Shown: positions 11,464-21,923, counted from the first letter of the stretch. The stretch: DNA of 64,000 bases from Planktothricoides raciborskii GIHE-MW2 (GCF_040564635.1 NZ_CP159837.1:227801-291800), one strand, 5' to 3'. Notes: a model not told the origin generated them from the letters alone. Numbers and translations: made by a program.

Positions 11464-12393
11464 TTGATTTTTGCTAAAATCTATCGTCAAACCGTCAACA
11501 TCACCGAACCAGAGGATATGTATAAAGCTACTGAACTGCTGATTGATGATTTTGTCAAAAAATTGCGATCGGCTTATCATCGCACTTATGGCAGACTGAA
11601 GCCAGACTATCCCGATATCTTGGCTTGGGCTGGAGCAATGGCCTTAGAAAACATTGCCAATAGTGATGCTCTTTATCACAATATTGAACATACCATCATT
11701 GTCACCTTAGTAGGCTTGGAAATTTTGCGTGGCAAACATATCCAAGAAGGGGGAGTTTCTTGTGAGGATTGGTTACATTTTACGATTTCTTTATTATACC
11801 ATGATATTGGCTATGTCAAGGGAGTTTGTCTTCAAGATCGACCCGGATGCTATGCCACGGGAATTAATAACACGATGGTAGAATTACCTGCGGGAAAAAC
11901 TGACGCTAGTCTCGCTCCTTATCGTGTCGATCGCGGTAAGCTATTTGTTCAAGAAAGATTTGGTGGTCATAAGCTGATTAATGCCAAAGAAATTCAGAAA
12001 AATATTGAATTTACTCGTTTTGCTTTAGCCTCAGCTTTGGCTCCTGAAGAAACCAAGACATACCCAGGATTAGTCCGGGCGGCAGATTTAATTGGGGAAT
12101 TAAGCGAGGAGCGCTATTTTTTGAAATTACCGGCATTATTTTATGAATTTGAAGAAACGGGATATAATCAACAACTAGGGTGTAAAGGACTCGGAGATTT
12201 ACGTCGGCACTATACGGAATTTTACTGGAATACGGTCTATCCGTTTATTGCCGATGCGATGACTTATTTAGAGTTGACCCAGGAAGGAAAACGAGTGCTA
12301 ACAATTCTTTATAGCAATCTGTTTGCCATAAAGAATTCATCAATTGATAAAAGCAGTAATAAAATCATTAATAAAATCATTGACCCTGGGTAA
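11464..12393 (+). CDS. HD-domain metal-dependent phosphohydrolase-like protein
   Basis: The H...HD signature (HNIEHTIIV ... LLYHDIGYVKG) is present. The start may be the TTG at 11464 or the ATG at 11518. Confidence 0.55.
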   Translation: MIFAKIYRQTVNITEPEDMYKATELLIDDFVKKLRSAYHRTYGRLKPDYPDILAWAGAMALENIANSDALYHNIEHTIIVTLVGLEILRGKHIQEGGVSCEDWLHFTISLLYHDIGYVKGVCLQDRPGCYATGINNTMVELPAGKTDASLAPYRVDRGKLFVQERFGGHKLINAKEIQKNIEFTRFALASALAPEETKTYPGLVRAADLIGELSEERYFLKLPALFYEFEETGYNQQLGCKGLGDLRRHYTEFYWNTVYPFIADAMTYLELTQEGKRVLTILYSNLFAIKNSSIDKSSNKIINKIIDPG

Positions 12394-12398
12394 ACAGA

Positions 12399-12580
12399 GA
12401 AAAGAGATGCCTAGAAAAGAGATGCCTAGAAAAGAGATGCCTAGAAAAGAGATGCTAATATGAACCATGAAAATTCTCCCTCCTCTCCCCCTCTCTCCTC
12501 TGTGCGCTGTACTCTCCCCTCTCTCCTATCCCCTCTCTCATCTCTCCTCTGATGTCAATTGATGTCAATTGATGTCAATT
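12399..12580. repeat. Intergenic tandem repeats (15-bp AGAAAAGAGATGCCT x3-4; CT-rich tract; 10-bp TGATGTCAAT x3)
   Basis: Seen directly in the sequence. Confidence 0.9.
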
Positions 12581-12595
12581 ATGGACTCAAGAGAA

Positions 12596-13060
12596 TTAAA
12601 CGGTTCCAGAACTGAGGTAAATTCTTTCAGCGACTTGCTTAAATCGTCGCAGTTGAGCCTGCATATCTTGTCGCGTCCAATTCGCCGCAAACCGATTGAA
12701 CCCAAACTCAACGATCGGATTGGGAATCGAAAACTCAAAGCGATTCACTAATCGAGTGCCTTTGCCTTCAGGCTGACATTCCCAGCGATCGCGCCCGGTA
12801 AAAAAACCCTGAAATTGCCAGACGATCAACCCGGGTTCTCGTTCGACCACCACACTATTGAGAGTGGGTTGCCACAAGGGAGTCAAGATTCTAAATCGAC
12901 TTCGACTGCCTAGTTCTGTACTCCACTCGCCCACCGGATCGCACCGTAAAGCGGGATTGAGCCAAAGATGCATTAATTCTAAATCAGTGATACAGCGTTC
13001 TACTGTGGTAGCGGATGCGCGAATTTGAATTGACTGCTCAAAAGTTTGACGAGAGACCAT
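12596..13060 (-). CDS. SRPBCC (polyketide cyclase/dehydrase-like, START/Bet v1 fold) family protein
   Basis: Size 154 aa with a composition and motif pattern typical of cyclase/dehydrase-like proteins. This is a tentative family call. Confidence 0.45.
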   Translation of the reverse strand: MVSRQTFEQSIQIRASATTVERCITDLELMHLWLNPALRCDPVGEWSTELGSRSRFRILTPLWQPTLNSVVVEREPGLIVWQFQGFFTGRDRWECQPEGKGTRLVNRFEFSIPNPIVEFGFNRFAANWTRQDMQAQLRRFKQVAERIYLSSGTV

Positions 13061-13450
13061 TTTTATGCTATAGGGAAGTGATAGACGGTAAGGGGAAAAA
13101 ATACTCGGGAAGGATTAACTCCTCTAATCGAATAACATAGTAAAAAAACTCAGAATTATCAAAATCTTAGAAAATTAATTAAAAATTAATTTTTGAACAG
13201 CTTGAATAATCTGAGTTAGATATATGGCAAGCTATATGGCCAGCTATATCGCCAGCTACATCATAAAGCTTCCAGGAATTGCCGAGATTGTCAACAAGTA
13301 GCAATTCTTAACCAACAACAAGGCAACCAAATCAGCATCAGTCTTGTAAGATAGTGCCAAGTGCTGTACAAATTCTGAACAACGAGACAAGATCGAGACA
13401 AGATATTTTTGGTTTGTCCGCACCGTAGAGAAGTTTAGGATAAAATCACT

Positions 13451-15088
13451 ATGAATGAAATTTTGCAAATCACTAGGATCCCAGAATCGGGTTTAAGACT
13501 GGGGTCAAATCTGTTATTAGCTCAGGAAAATGCAGTCAGTTCTGCCCTGAGTCCTGTCACTTCGTTTTTCCAAAAAATGGGGGAACAAGTGGGTAGCTTT
13601 TTACCGAGTTTAATTGGCGCGATCGCCATCCTGCTGGTGGGTTGGATGTTGGCAAATGCTCTCGCCCTGGGAACAAAAAAACTCCTTGACGCCACGGAAA
13701 TTGACAACTGGATCGCAGCTAAAGTGCTGGGTCGGCAACCAAATGACCCCAAAGTTCCTATCGAAAAATGGGTGTCCCAATTGGTGTTCTGGGTGATTAT
13801 GATTTTCGCCCTGGTTGCGTTTTTCAATGTTTTAAATTTAGATATTGTTTCCCAGCCACTGAATAGTTTTTTACAACAGATATTTAACTACCTGCCCAAA
13901 ATCGGCGGTGCCGTGGTAATCCTCGGAGTCGCTTGGATTGTGGCGACGATGACTAAAGCCATCGTTACCCACGGGTTGCAAAGCTTCCACTTGGACGATC
14001 GCCTAGCAGAACAAACAGGTGGCGAACAAAGCCCCTTTTCTTTGAACGAAACCCTAGCCAATGCGATGTATTGGTTCGTGTTTTTGTTCTTCCTGCCTTT
14101 GGTATTGGATGCCTTGCAGTTGCAAGGGCCACTGCAACCAGTCCAAAATCTGCTTGATACGATTCTTTCCGCATTGCCGAAGATTCTCACCGCTGTGATT
14201 ATTGGGGCGATCGGTTGGTTTATTGCTTGGATTGTTCGCCGCATTATCACTAATGTTTTGGCGGCAATGGGGACGGATCAAATCGCTTCTAAGATGGGAC
14301 TGACCCAAACCGATGGGGGAATGTCTCTGTCTGGGCTGATCGGCACTTTGGTCTATGTGTTGATTTTGATTCCTACGGCGATCGCGGCTCTCAATGCTCT
14401 GCAAATTGAGGCCATTTCCGCTCCAGCGGTGTCGATGCTGCAACAAATCCTGAATACTATCCCGCAGATTTTTACGGCAGCTTTAATTTTTGCCGTGTTC
14501 TATGCGATCGGCCAATTTATTTCTGAGTTGGTCGCCAAAATCTTGGCTAGTCTTGGGTTTAATAATATTTTCCAATGGCTCGGTTTGCCCACGGTTTCCC
14601 CGTCGGACAATGCAAGCAATTCTGAAACCATCTCCGTCAACAAAACTCCTTCAGAAATTGCCGGAATTGTGGTGCAAGTTGGCATTATGCTCTTTGCCGC
14701 AGTAGCCGCGAGCGAAGTGCTGGGGATGCCTGCGCTGACCCAAATTGCTCAAGGGATTCTCCAAGGTTCTGGCAACGTTTTGGTTGGTCTGCTGGTCTTT
14801 GGAATCGGTTTATATCTGGCGAATTTAGCCTTTACCCTGATTTCTGGGGCCGGTGGTGCCAACGCGAAAATTTTAGGCAATAGTGCGCGGATTTCGATTA
14901 TTGCCCTATCCGGTGCAATGGCTTTACAACAAATGGGCATTGCTACGGATATTGTTAATTTAGCCTTTGGACTGCTCCTGGGCGCGATCGCCGTGGCGGT
15001 GGCGATCGCCTTTGGCTTAGGAGGTCGCGATGTGGCGGCTGAACAGTTGAGACAATGGTTATCTACCTTTAAAGATAACGACAAATAG
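13451..15088 (+). CDS. Polytopic membrane protein with five tandem 'conserved TM helix' repeats (MscS-associated-like)
   Basis: Five repeats of about 70 aa share the pattern (L/I)P.I..A..I...G...A.........L...G.D (for example FLPSLIGAIAILLVGW, YLPKIGGAVVILGVAW, ALPKILTAVIIGAIGW, TIPQIFTAALIFAVFY). Confidence 0.6.
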   Translation: MNEILQITRIPESGLRLGSNLLLAQENAVSSALSPVTSFFQKMGEQVGSFLPSLIGAIAILLVGWMLANALALGTKKLLDATEIDNWIAAKVLGRQPNDPKVPIEKWVSQLVFWVIMIFALVAFFNVLNLDIVSQPLNSFLQQIFNYLPKIGGAVVILGVAWIVATMTKAIVTHGLQSFHLDDRLAEQTGGEQSPFSLNETLANAMYWFVFLFFLPLVLDALQLQGPLQPVQNLLDTILSALPKILTAVIIGAIGWFIAWIVRRIITNVLAAMGTDQIASKMGLTQTDGGMSLSGLIGTLVYVLILIPTAIAALNALQIEAISAPAVSMLQQILNTIPQIFTAALIFAVFYAIGQFISELVAKILASLGFNNIFQWLGLPTVSPSDNASNSETISVNKTPSEIAGIVVQVGIMLFAAVAASEVLGMPALTQIAQGILQGSGNVLVGLLVFGIGLYLANLAFTLISGAGGANAKILGNSARISIIALSGAMALQQMGIATDIVNLAFGLLLGAIAVAVAIAFGLGGRDVAAEQLRQWLSTFKDNDK

Positions 15089-15141
15089 AGAATTGATTCT
15101 GAACGGTTAACCACTCTTAGTTGACCGCTAACTGTGAGATG

Positions 15142-15200
15142 AAGCCACATTATTTTCTATTTTCAGTCAAAATAATGTGGCTTTGTCCGATATTTTTATA
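15142..15200 (+). terminator. Rho-independent terminator-like hairpin after the membrane protein gene
   Basis: A perfect 15-bp inverted repeat (AAGCCACATTATTTT ... AAAATAATGTGGCTT) is followed by a T-rich tract. Confidence 0.5.
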
Positions 15201-15463
15201 TTTTTTTACTTTAAATTAACAAAAATTACTTTAAATTAACAAAAATTTAGGTGAAATGCGAACAAATAAATCAAAATAAATTAAAATAAATCAACATAAA
15301 TTGGCGATCGCCCTATCCCCTAACCTGCCTAGCCAAATGTTATCAAAATTTGAAATTAGGCAGGGGTTTCCTGTGAAACCATAGCAAACAGCGAAATTTA
15401 GACAAAGGCTAATCTTTTTGATAAAATTTGATAAAATTTGAATTAACTATAATCAAAATTTGA

Positions 15464-17919
15464 GTGCGATTCGTTCACGCGGAAAGTGGATGGTAATTAA
15501 TACCTGAAACTTGCGCTTTGTAATGGTTTCGGAAGACAGAGTACACACAGGCATCAGCCTAAATCGTAGTCACGAACCCATTAGCGCGACCTGAACTGGT
15601 CGTTTGGTAAGTAGGGTCGGCCCTACTAGGGGAGTCACACCCCCTACCCTCGCGGAAAATACCATAAAAGGTATGGTCACGCCCTAGTAGGTAACGAAAC
15701 AGGCGGAATGCAGACCCCGAACGTAGCCGAAGCCAGCAGCCTAAGCCGGTTAGGAGCAAGAGGGACTCTCTCAATGGTGAATGAAAATGAATTGCCATTC
15801 AAACTGCGTCATCGTGAAACGAGCCAAATAAGGCTGACAGGCTCGAACCAAAAGGTAAAGTGGGTGGCCTTGGTGCTCAATGGTCATCAAGGCGTGTGGC
15901 CAAACTCTCACCGCAGAAGAGGCAGCACCTAACGAGAGGACGGACAATCAAACGACACAACAGGGTAAGCCCTACAGAGTCTATGGGAAGGTCGAATCCC
16001 ATAGTAAGCAGACCGCAAGGAAGGCAGAACTCTCTGGAGGGTAGAGGATGAGGCAAAAAGCGAAAGCATCCCTGTAATGGGGAGATAGGGGTTCAAAATT
16101 TGCCCCTGACCGAAAGGAACAGCAGACTTGCCTTGGGTCTTATGAGAAAGAGACCAGACAGTAAAAACCATATCTGAGGACAAGTTAGATGTCGCAGCTA
16201 AAAGCAACAAACGGACCAAAGAAGCCACTGGAAGATTGGAGCCAAATTAACTGGCAAAAAGTCAACAAGCTGGTTAGGAACTTACGTCAAAGAATCTTTC
16301 TCGCGAGAAAACTTGGTAACTTTCGCAAACTAAGAAGTTTGCAAAAGTTGATGTTAAGAAGCCACGCCAACTTACTATTGTCAGTGAGGAAAATCACCCA
16401 AACCAATAAAGGAAAAGCAACGGCAGGAATTGACAAGGAAATAGTCAATACCCCAGAACAAAGGGTGAAGCTGGTAAACAACTGGAATGGCGGAACTCAA
16501 AGCCCAACCAAACGGGTAATGATACCAAAGCCAAACGGAAAGATACGACCGCTAGGAATCCCAACCGTGCGTGACAGAATCGAACAGGCAATAGTAATGA
16601 ATGCATTAGAACCCGAATGGGAACCCGTGTTTGAGCCAAACTCCTACGGATTCAGACCCGGAAGAAGCTGTCAAGATGCCATTGGACTTTTATGCGACTT
16701 CAAAAAGGCAGAGACACTTGGGTTCTAGAAGCTGACATCAAAGGATTTTTCGATAATATTGCCCATGAATCCATCTTGAAACAATTAGGAAACCTACCTA
16801 AACGGGATTTAATCCAAAGATGGTTAAAAGCTGGCTATGTTCTCAAAGGGGATATCAACCCCACAAAGACGGGAACACCGCAAGGTGGGGTAATCTCACC
16901 CCTACTGGCCAACATTGGACTGCATGGTTTGGAACAATTCATTAAAACCACCAATTCAAAATTAGGCATCGTGCGGTATGCAGACGACTTTATAGTCACT
17001 GCTAAAGACAAAGGAAGTCTTGAAAAAGCCCAGACCAGAATCCAGCAATGGTTATCAGAAAGAGGACTTGAATTAAGCACGGAGAAAACGGTTATTACAT
17101 CAATAGAAAAGGGCTTTGACTTTCTCGGTTTCAACCACCGCCACTATAACGGCAAACTGCTTATCAAGCCATCCAAAAAGAAGGTTTTAGCCTTCTGTAA
17201 AAGGATAGGCGAAGAAATAAAGGCAATGAATGGTTGTGAACAGGAAGTAGTCATTAAAAAGCTAAATCCGATTCTCCGAGGTTTTGCTAACTACTACAAA
17301 GGGGTAGTGAGCAAAGTAACCTTCAGCTACATCTCATCAAGAGTGTGGTACTACCTTTGGAGTTGGGCGAAGCGTCGGCATCCCAACAAAAACACAAAAT
17401 GGATTCGGAAACGTTACTTTAAGACCATAAAAGGCAATAAGTGGACGTTCGCCTGTACAGGTACAGACAAACGGCGAGGGAAAGAGGTTGAAATAATTCT
17501 CTACCCAATAACTTACACTCCAATCGAGCGCCATGTAAAGGTCAAAGGGGAAGCGTCACCGGACGATCCGAGCCTCAAGGAATACTGGAAAAAACGTCAC
17601 CAGAAATATGGTAAGAGCTACTGGGAGAAAAATTCCCGGAATTATAAAATCGCCCAAAACCAAAACTGGAAATGCCCTATCTGTGGCGAACCTTTATTCA
17701 ACGGTGAGGAAATTGAAACCCATCATATAACACCTGTTGCAGAAGGCGGACAAAACGACATTGAAAACCTTGTGCATCTACACCAAGCGTGTCATAAGCA
17801 GGTACACAGCAAATCCAAGTCCAATCGCTTGAAATAAGGCTTGAGCCGGATGATACGAAAGTGTCAAGTCCGGTTCTTAGGGGAGGGGAGGGGAGTAATC
17901 CCTGAACCTTACCCGACTA
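15464..17919 (+). mobile_element. Group II intron (about 2.45 kb) encoding an RT-maturase-HNH protein
   Basis: The 5' end is GTGCG at 15464. Domain V is a textbook match (GAGCCGGATGATACGAAAGTGTCAAGTCCGGTTC, 17841-17874). A GUAA-tetraloop domain VI candidate follows. The intron-encoded protein ORF lies in domain IV. Confidence 0.8.
16189..17837 (+). pseudogene. Group II intron-encoded reverse transcriptase/maturase with C-terminal HNH endonuclease, split by a frameshift
   Basis: ORF 16189..16728 (frame 1; RT motifs 0-2: GIPTVRDRIEQ, YGFRPGRSCQDA) and ORF 16692..17837 (frame 3; WVLEADIKGFFD, YADDFIV, X/maturase, HNH CPICG...HH) overlap by 37 nt. The break falls in an A5 run at 16700-16704. Confidence 0.8.
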
Positions 17920-18896
17920 TAGCAGTCGCCAGTCCAGTTAGGACGTAGAATAAAAGAAGTTGCCAAAATTCGAGATAAATCTACCCATGTCTAATTCTTA
18001 CAGCTACAACTTACGGAAAAAGGTCATAGAGGCCATTGAAATCAACGGGATGAAGAAGAGTGAAGCCAGTGAACTCTTTGGAATTAGCCGCTTTTGCGAT
18101 CAATCTGTGGCTCAAGCGTAAAGAAGAAACTGGAGACTTCCATGCTAAGACATACAGACCCCCGGGTCATAGTCATAGCATAACGGACTGGGATAAGTTT
18201 CGAGCTTTTGTTGAAGAGAATGCGCTCATTAACCCAAGCTCATCTGGCTGAATTATGGGACGGTGAAATTAGTGAAAGAACCATCAGTAGGGGACTCAAA
18301 AAAATCGGCTTCACTCGCAAAAAAAAAACTTATGGATACCGGGAACGGGATGAAATAAAACGGGCAGAATTTATGGAAAAACTCGCTTCAGTCAAGCCTG
18401 AAGACATTGTATATGGCGATGAAGCTGGTATGGATAGCCGCGATGACTACAGCTATGGTGACAGTAGAAAAGGCGAACGTCTCCATGCTCTGAAGTCAGG
18501 ACGACGCCTGGGGCGCCTTAATATGATTGCCGCTTTTTGTCAAGGGGAATTACGCGCTCCTTTCACCCTTGAAGGAGCCTGCAATCGGAACGTATTTGAA
18601 CTCTGGTTAGAAATCTGTCTCATTCCCACCTTGAAACCGGGGCAAAAATTGGTGATTGACAACGCCACGTTTCATAGGGGAAGACGTATTGAACAACTGG
18701 TGCAAGAGGCCGGATGCGAAATTTGGTATTTACCGCCCTATTCCCCAGACTTAAATAAAATTGAGCGGTGTTGGTCTTGGCTTAAAAGCCGTATTCGACA
18801 CCAACTTAAACAGTTTAACACCAGATTACGAGAGGCTATGGAGCAGGTTCTTCGGTTAGCCGGTGCTTAATTTCCTAACTGGAGTGGCGACTGCTA
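17920..18896. mobile_element. IS630/Tc1-mariner family insertion sequence with 24-bp terminal inverted repeats and TA target duplication
   Basis: The terminal inverted repeats are TAGCAGTCGCCAGTCCAGTTAGGA (left) and TAGCAGTCGCCACTCCAGTTAGGA (right, reverse complement). TA flanks both ends (17918-17919 and 18897-18898). Confidence 0.8.
17987..18870 (+). pseudogene. IS630-family DDE transposase split across three reading frames
   Basis: The HTH N-terminus (MSNSYSYNLRKKVIEAIE..FGISR) runs 17987-18121 in frame 2. A middle segment runs 18060-18251 in frame 3, and the DDE core runs 18208-18870 in frame 1 (VYGDEAG, VIDNATFH, LPPYSPDLNKIE). Two +1 shifts are needed to join them. Confidence 0.7.
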
Positions 18897-18935
18897 TACC
18901 CGAAGCGAACTGCTATACAAGCCACGGGTAAACCA

Positions 18936-19233
18936 AAGATTCGGGTTGGCATTGGGATGCACACAGGAGTTTTGATGGCTGGCAGTGTCGGCGGCAAAAA
19001 AGGTCAAATTTTTCCGTGATTGGGGATACGGTTAATGTTGCCGCCAGACTAGAACCCATGAATAATTTACCAAAAATAATCCGTATCATTTACTGATGAC
19101 TGCGGATACTTATAATTTAGTTTGCGATCGCTATTTGGGTGAGCAAGTTGATCGCATTCAACTCCGAGGCAAAGAAGAAACTACCACGATTTATGCTATT
19201 TTAGGAGAGCGATCGCCGGAAAAACCGGGTTAA
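18936..19233 (+). pseudogene. C-terminal fragment of a class III adenylate/guanylate cyclase, frameshifted
   Basis: Cyclase catalytic-domain blocks are readable only by switching frames: KIRVGIGMHTGVLMAGSVGGKKGQIF, then VIGDTVNVAARLEPM, then LMTADTYNLVCDRYLGEQVDRIQLRGKEETTTIYAILGER. There is no N-terminal part upstream. Confidence 0.6.
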
Positions 19234-19350
19234 TTTTCCGGATTAATTTTCCGGGTTAATTTTCCGGGTTAATTTTTAGGGTTAATTTTTAGGGTTAATT
19301 TTTAGGGTTAATTTTTAGGGTTAATTTTCCAGATTACCAGATTAATTTTC
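19226..19350. repeat. Tandem array of about 8 copies of a 15-bp unit (GGGTTAATTTT[CT][CA]G)
   Basis: Seen directly in the sequence. Confidence 0.9.
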
Positions 19351-19404
19351 TCTAATCCGGTCTAAAAAGAATTCTTTTTAGAATTCTAAAAAAATTTCTA
19401 AATT

Positions 19405-20262
19405 CTAAAAAGAATATTTTAAAACTTTAATCACTGGCCCTGTTTCTGGTAACTGATTCGCTTGGAGAGCGATCGCATCTCCATTCACCTCTTCCACGGG
19501 CGTATCTCCCATCACCGAAAGAAACTGATCCAGCGCCACCAAATCGCAGAGATTTGCATCTGCGGCAGCGGTCCGATATTGCGTCGGAATCACCACTTTC
19601 GGATTCAGCAATGCGATCGCTGCCTTCGCTTCTTCGGGATTATAAACTTTTGGCCCACCGCCCACTGGCAACAACAACAGATCCGGACGACCCATCAAAA
19701 TTTGTTGATTAGTAGTAATCGGGGCTGCCGCACCACCGAGATGCAAAATCTTAATATCTGCTTGCGTCCACCGCCAAACCACATTTGTCCCAAAGCGGCG
19801 ACCCCCGTGGCGATCGTGGTCAGTACGGACTCCCTGGATCTGTTTGTCGCGAAACTGATAAGCCCCCGGTTCTGACAATATCTGAGGTTGACCCAGCAAC
19901 TCATCGATCGCCCCTTCATCCAACAACCGACTGCTAATTAAAACCAAATTAGCTTCCACTCGTGGCAAGCGATACCCAGCAGTACAACCAATACTACGGA
20001 AAGGATTCACCAAAACCCTCAGATTATCCCCCGTAAACGAAAAACAACTATGTCCCAACCATTTAATAGAAAGTTGATTTTGGGTCGTCGAAGCTTCGGG
20101 AGGTGTTGTTGGGGGGGTGGGTGAGGGGGTCGTGGATGGTGGGGGAGAAGTTTGAGATTGAACTTGGGCTTGAACAGCTTGCCATTGACCCGCGAGGCTG
20201 CTTCCCAGGGCGGCGAATAAACTGATTTGTCCGTAGCGGAGAAACTTGCGACGATTAATCAT
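19405..20262 (-). CDS. MBL-fold metallo-hydrolase with twin-arginine (Tat) signal peptide
   Basis: The N-terminal RRKFLRYG...A motif is followed by the WLGHSCF block typical of UlaG-like beta-lactamase-fold hydrolases. Confidence 0.65.
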   Translation of the reverse strand: MINRRKFLRYGQISLFAALGSSLAGQWQAVQAQVQSQTSPPPSTTPSPTPPTTPPEASTTQNQLSIKWLGHSCFSFTGDNLRVLVNPFRSIGCTAGYRLPRVEANLVLISSRLLDEGAIDELLGQPQILSEPGAYQFRDKQIQGVRTDHDRHGGRRFGTNVVWRWTQADIKILHLGGAAAPITTNQQILMGRPDLLLLPVGGGPKVYNPEEAKAAIALLNPKVVIPTQYRTAAADANLCDLVALDQFLSVMGDTPVEEVNGDAIALQANQLPETGPVIKVLKYSF

Positions 20263-20289
20263 TGAATCTTGGTTACTGGGTCTTGGTTA

Positions 20290-20895
20290 CTAAGTGTTAG
20301 ATAGGGAGGAAGCTTGGTGGAGAAAATTTCTCAGGAGTTGCTTGCCAGAAATGGTCAAAATACTTTCTGGGTGGAACTGGACGCCCTGAATATGTGGATA
20401 GTTCCGATGCTGCACCCCCATAATCGTGCCATCGCTAACCCAGGCGGTAATTTCCAAGTCTTTCGGGCAGCTTTCCCGGTCAATCACCAGACTGTGATAT
20501 CGAGTGGCGACAAATGGGTTAGACAATCCGGCAAAAACACCGACCCCAGTATGATAAACCTCAGAGGTTTTGCCGTGCATCAGTTCTGGCGCGGAGACAA
20601 TATTGCCGCCAAATACTTGACCGATCGCTTGATGACCGAGACAAACTCCTAAAATCGGTAAAGTTGGGCCGAGTTCTCGGATCAAATCTACGGAAATTCC
20701 CGCATCTTCTGGTCTTCCAGGACCTGGGGAAATCAGCACCGCATCCGCACCAGATTGGCGAATTTCACTGAGAGTGATTTGATCGTTGCGATATACCCGG
20801 AGGTCTGCGGCTATGGAAAACTCAGGCGCAAGTTCTCCTAAATACTGAACCAGGTTATAGGTGAAGCTGTCGTAATTATCAATAACAATGATCAA
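20290..20895 (-). CDS. trpG: Anthranilate synthase component II / aminodeoxychorismate synthase glutamine amidotransferase subunit
   Basis: Class I GATase signature (MIIVIDNYDSFTYNLVQYL, GVCLGHQ, HPES). Confidence 0.9.
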   Translation of the reverse strand: MIIVIDNYDSFTYNLVQYLGELAPEFSIAADLRVYRNDQITLSEIRQSGADAVLISPGPGRPEDAGISVDLIRELGPTLPILGVCLGHQAIGQVFGGNIVSAPELMHGKTSEVYHTGVGVFAGLSNPFVATRYHSLVIDRESCPKDLEITAWVSDGTIMGVQHRNYPHIQGVQFHPESILTISGKQLLRNFLHQASSLSNT

Positions 20896-20959
20896 GGCTA
20901 TGACTCCTTATCAATTTGGTAGATGGTCTCCGACTAATTAGGAGAGAGGGGCTCCCGGG

Positions 20960-21262
20960 GCTTTTGGGGCCTGGGGTGTGGGGCCTGGGGTGTGGGGTGT
21001 GGGGTGTGGGGTGTGGGGGAGAAGAAAGGGCCGCCATCGGTGTAGGGTGTGGGGGGAAGAGAGAAAAGAGAATAGAGAAAAGAGAATAGAGAATAGAGAA
21101 TTTTCCTATGCATCCTCTTTACTCTTTCCTATGCATCCTATGCATCCTCTTCCCCTACACCCTACACCCTACACCCTACACCCTACACCCTCTCAAACCC
21201 CTACACCCTACACCCTCTCAAACCCCTACACCCTACACCCTACACCCTACACCCCTGCCCCT
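20960..21262. repeat. Inverted heptanucleotide repeat arrays (GGGGTGT)n and (ACACCCT)n flanking AGAGAATAGAG-type repeats
   Basis: (GGGGTGT)n lies at 20968-21020 and the reverse-complementary (CCCTACA)n at 21160-21255, with tandem repeats between them. A long hairpin could form. Confidence 0.85.
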
Positions 21263-21266
21263 CTCC

Positions 21267-21872
21267 TTAACCCAAGAATGATTTTACCAGCAGATACAAA
21301 GGCGGTAACAGCAAACATCCCGCCACCGTAATCGCCGCAAAAGATGAAATCAGCACTGCTGCTGCTGCACAATCTTTGGCAATTTTAGCGAGTTGGTGGT
21401 ACGTTTGCTCAACGGTGAGATCGACTAATGACTCAATGGCAGTATTCAAAAGTTCCATTGCCAACACCGCCCCAATAGTCAGAGTAATAATAGAAATTTC
21501 CACCAAACTCACTTGCAAAAAAACACCCAGGGCAATTGCCGTGGAACCAATAATCACATGGATCCGAAAATTGCGTTGGGTGTTAAAGGCATACTGTACG
21601 CCTTCCCAGGCATATTTAAAACTAACAAAAAGGTTACTGGCTACTTTCCAGGAAAATTCCCGTTTCATTTTGGCTGTATCAGGCGATCGCCCCCAAGAAG
21701 TATTGAATTGTGGCTGTGAGTCTTGCCGTAGTTCTGGTCGTGAGTCGTGATGTTTTGCGGCTGCTTCAACAGATGGCGCCGGGGAAAATCGCGATGTAGG
21801 GGTGATACGCGCATCACCCCTACTGTTTCCATTGTTGCTGGCAGACGACTTATCGCGTTGATCTAGGGTCAT
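21267..21872 (-). CDS. dgkA: Diacylglycerol kinase (prokaryotic DgkA family)
   Basis: C-terminal DgkA blocks are present (NFRIH..., ELLNTAIESLVDL). The N-terminal 68 aa are low-complexity, so the true start may be the ATG at 21668. Confidence 0.75.
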   Translation of the reverse strand: MTLDQRDKSSASNNGNSRGDARITPTSRFSPAPSVEAAAKHHDSRPELRQDSQPQFNTSWGRSPDTAKMKREFSWKVASNLFVSFKYAWEGVQYAFNTQRNFRIHVIIGSTAIALGVFLQVSLVEISIITLTIGAVLAMELLNTAIESLVDLTVEQTYHQLAKIAKDCAAAAVLISSFAAITVAGCLLLPPLYLLVKSFLG

Positions 21873-21923
21873 GGCTTTAAAAGCATCTCTATAGGCTATT
21901 GGGTCTATCTTAATTAACCCAGT

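Noticed and set aside
15950-15990. The tRNA-like TpsiC motif (GGTCGAATCCC).
   Set aside because: It lies inside group II intron domain structure, and no acceptor or anticodon arms can be formed around it.
19226-19350. A possible CRISPR array of 15-bp repeats.
   Set aside because: The repeats are contiguous tandem copies with no unique spacers, so this is a simple tandem repeat, not CRISPR.
20978-21331. A 117-aa ORF rich in G, W, P, H and Y.
   Set aside because: It is a translation of the (GGGGTGT)n/(ACACCCT)n repeat arrays.
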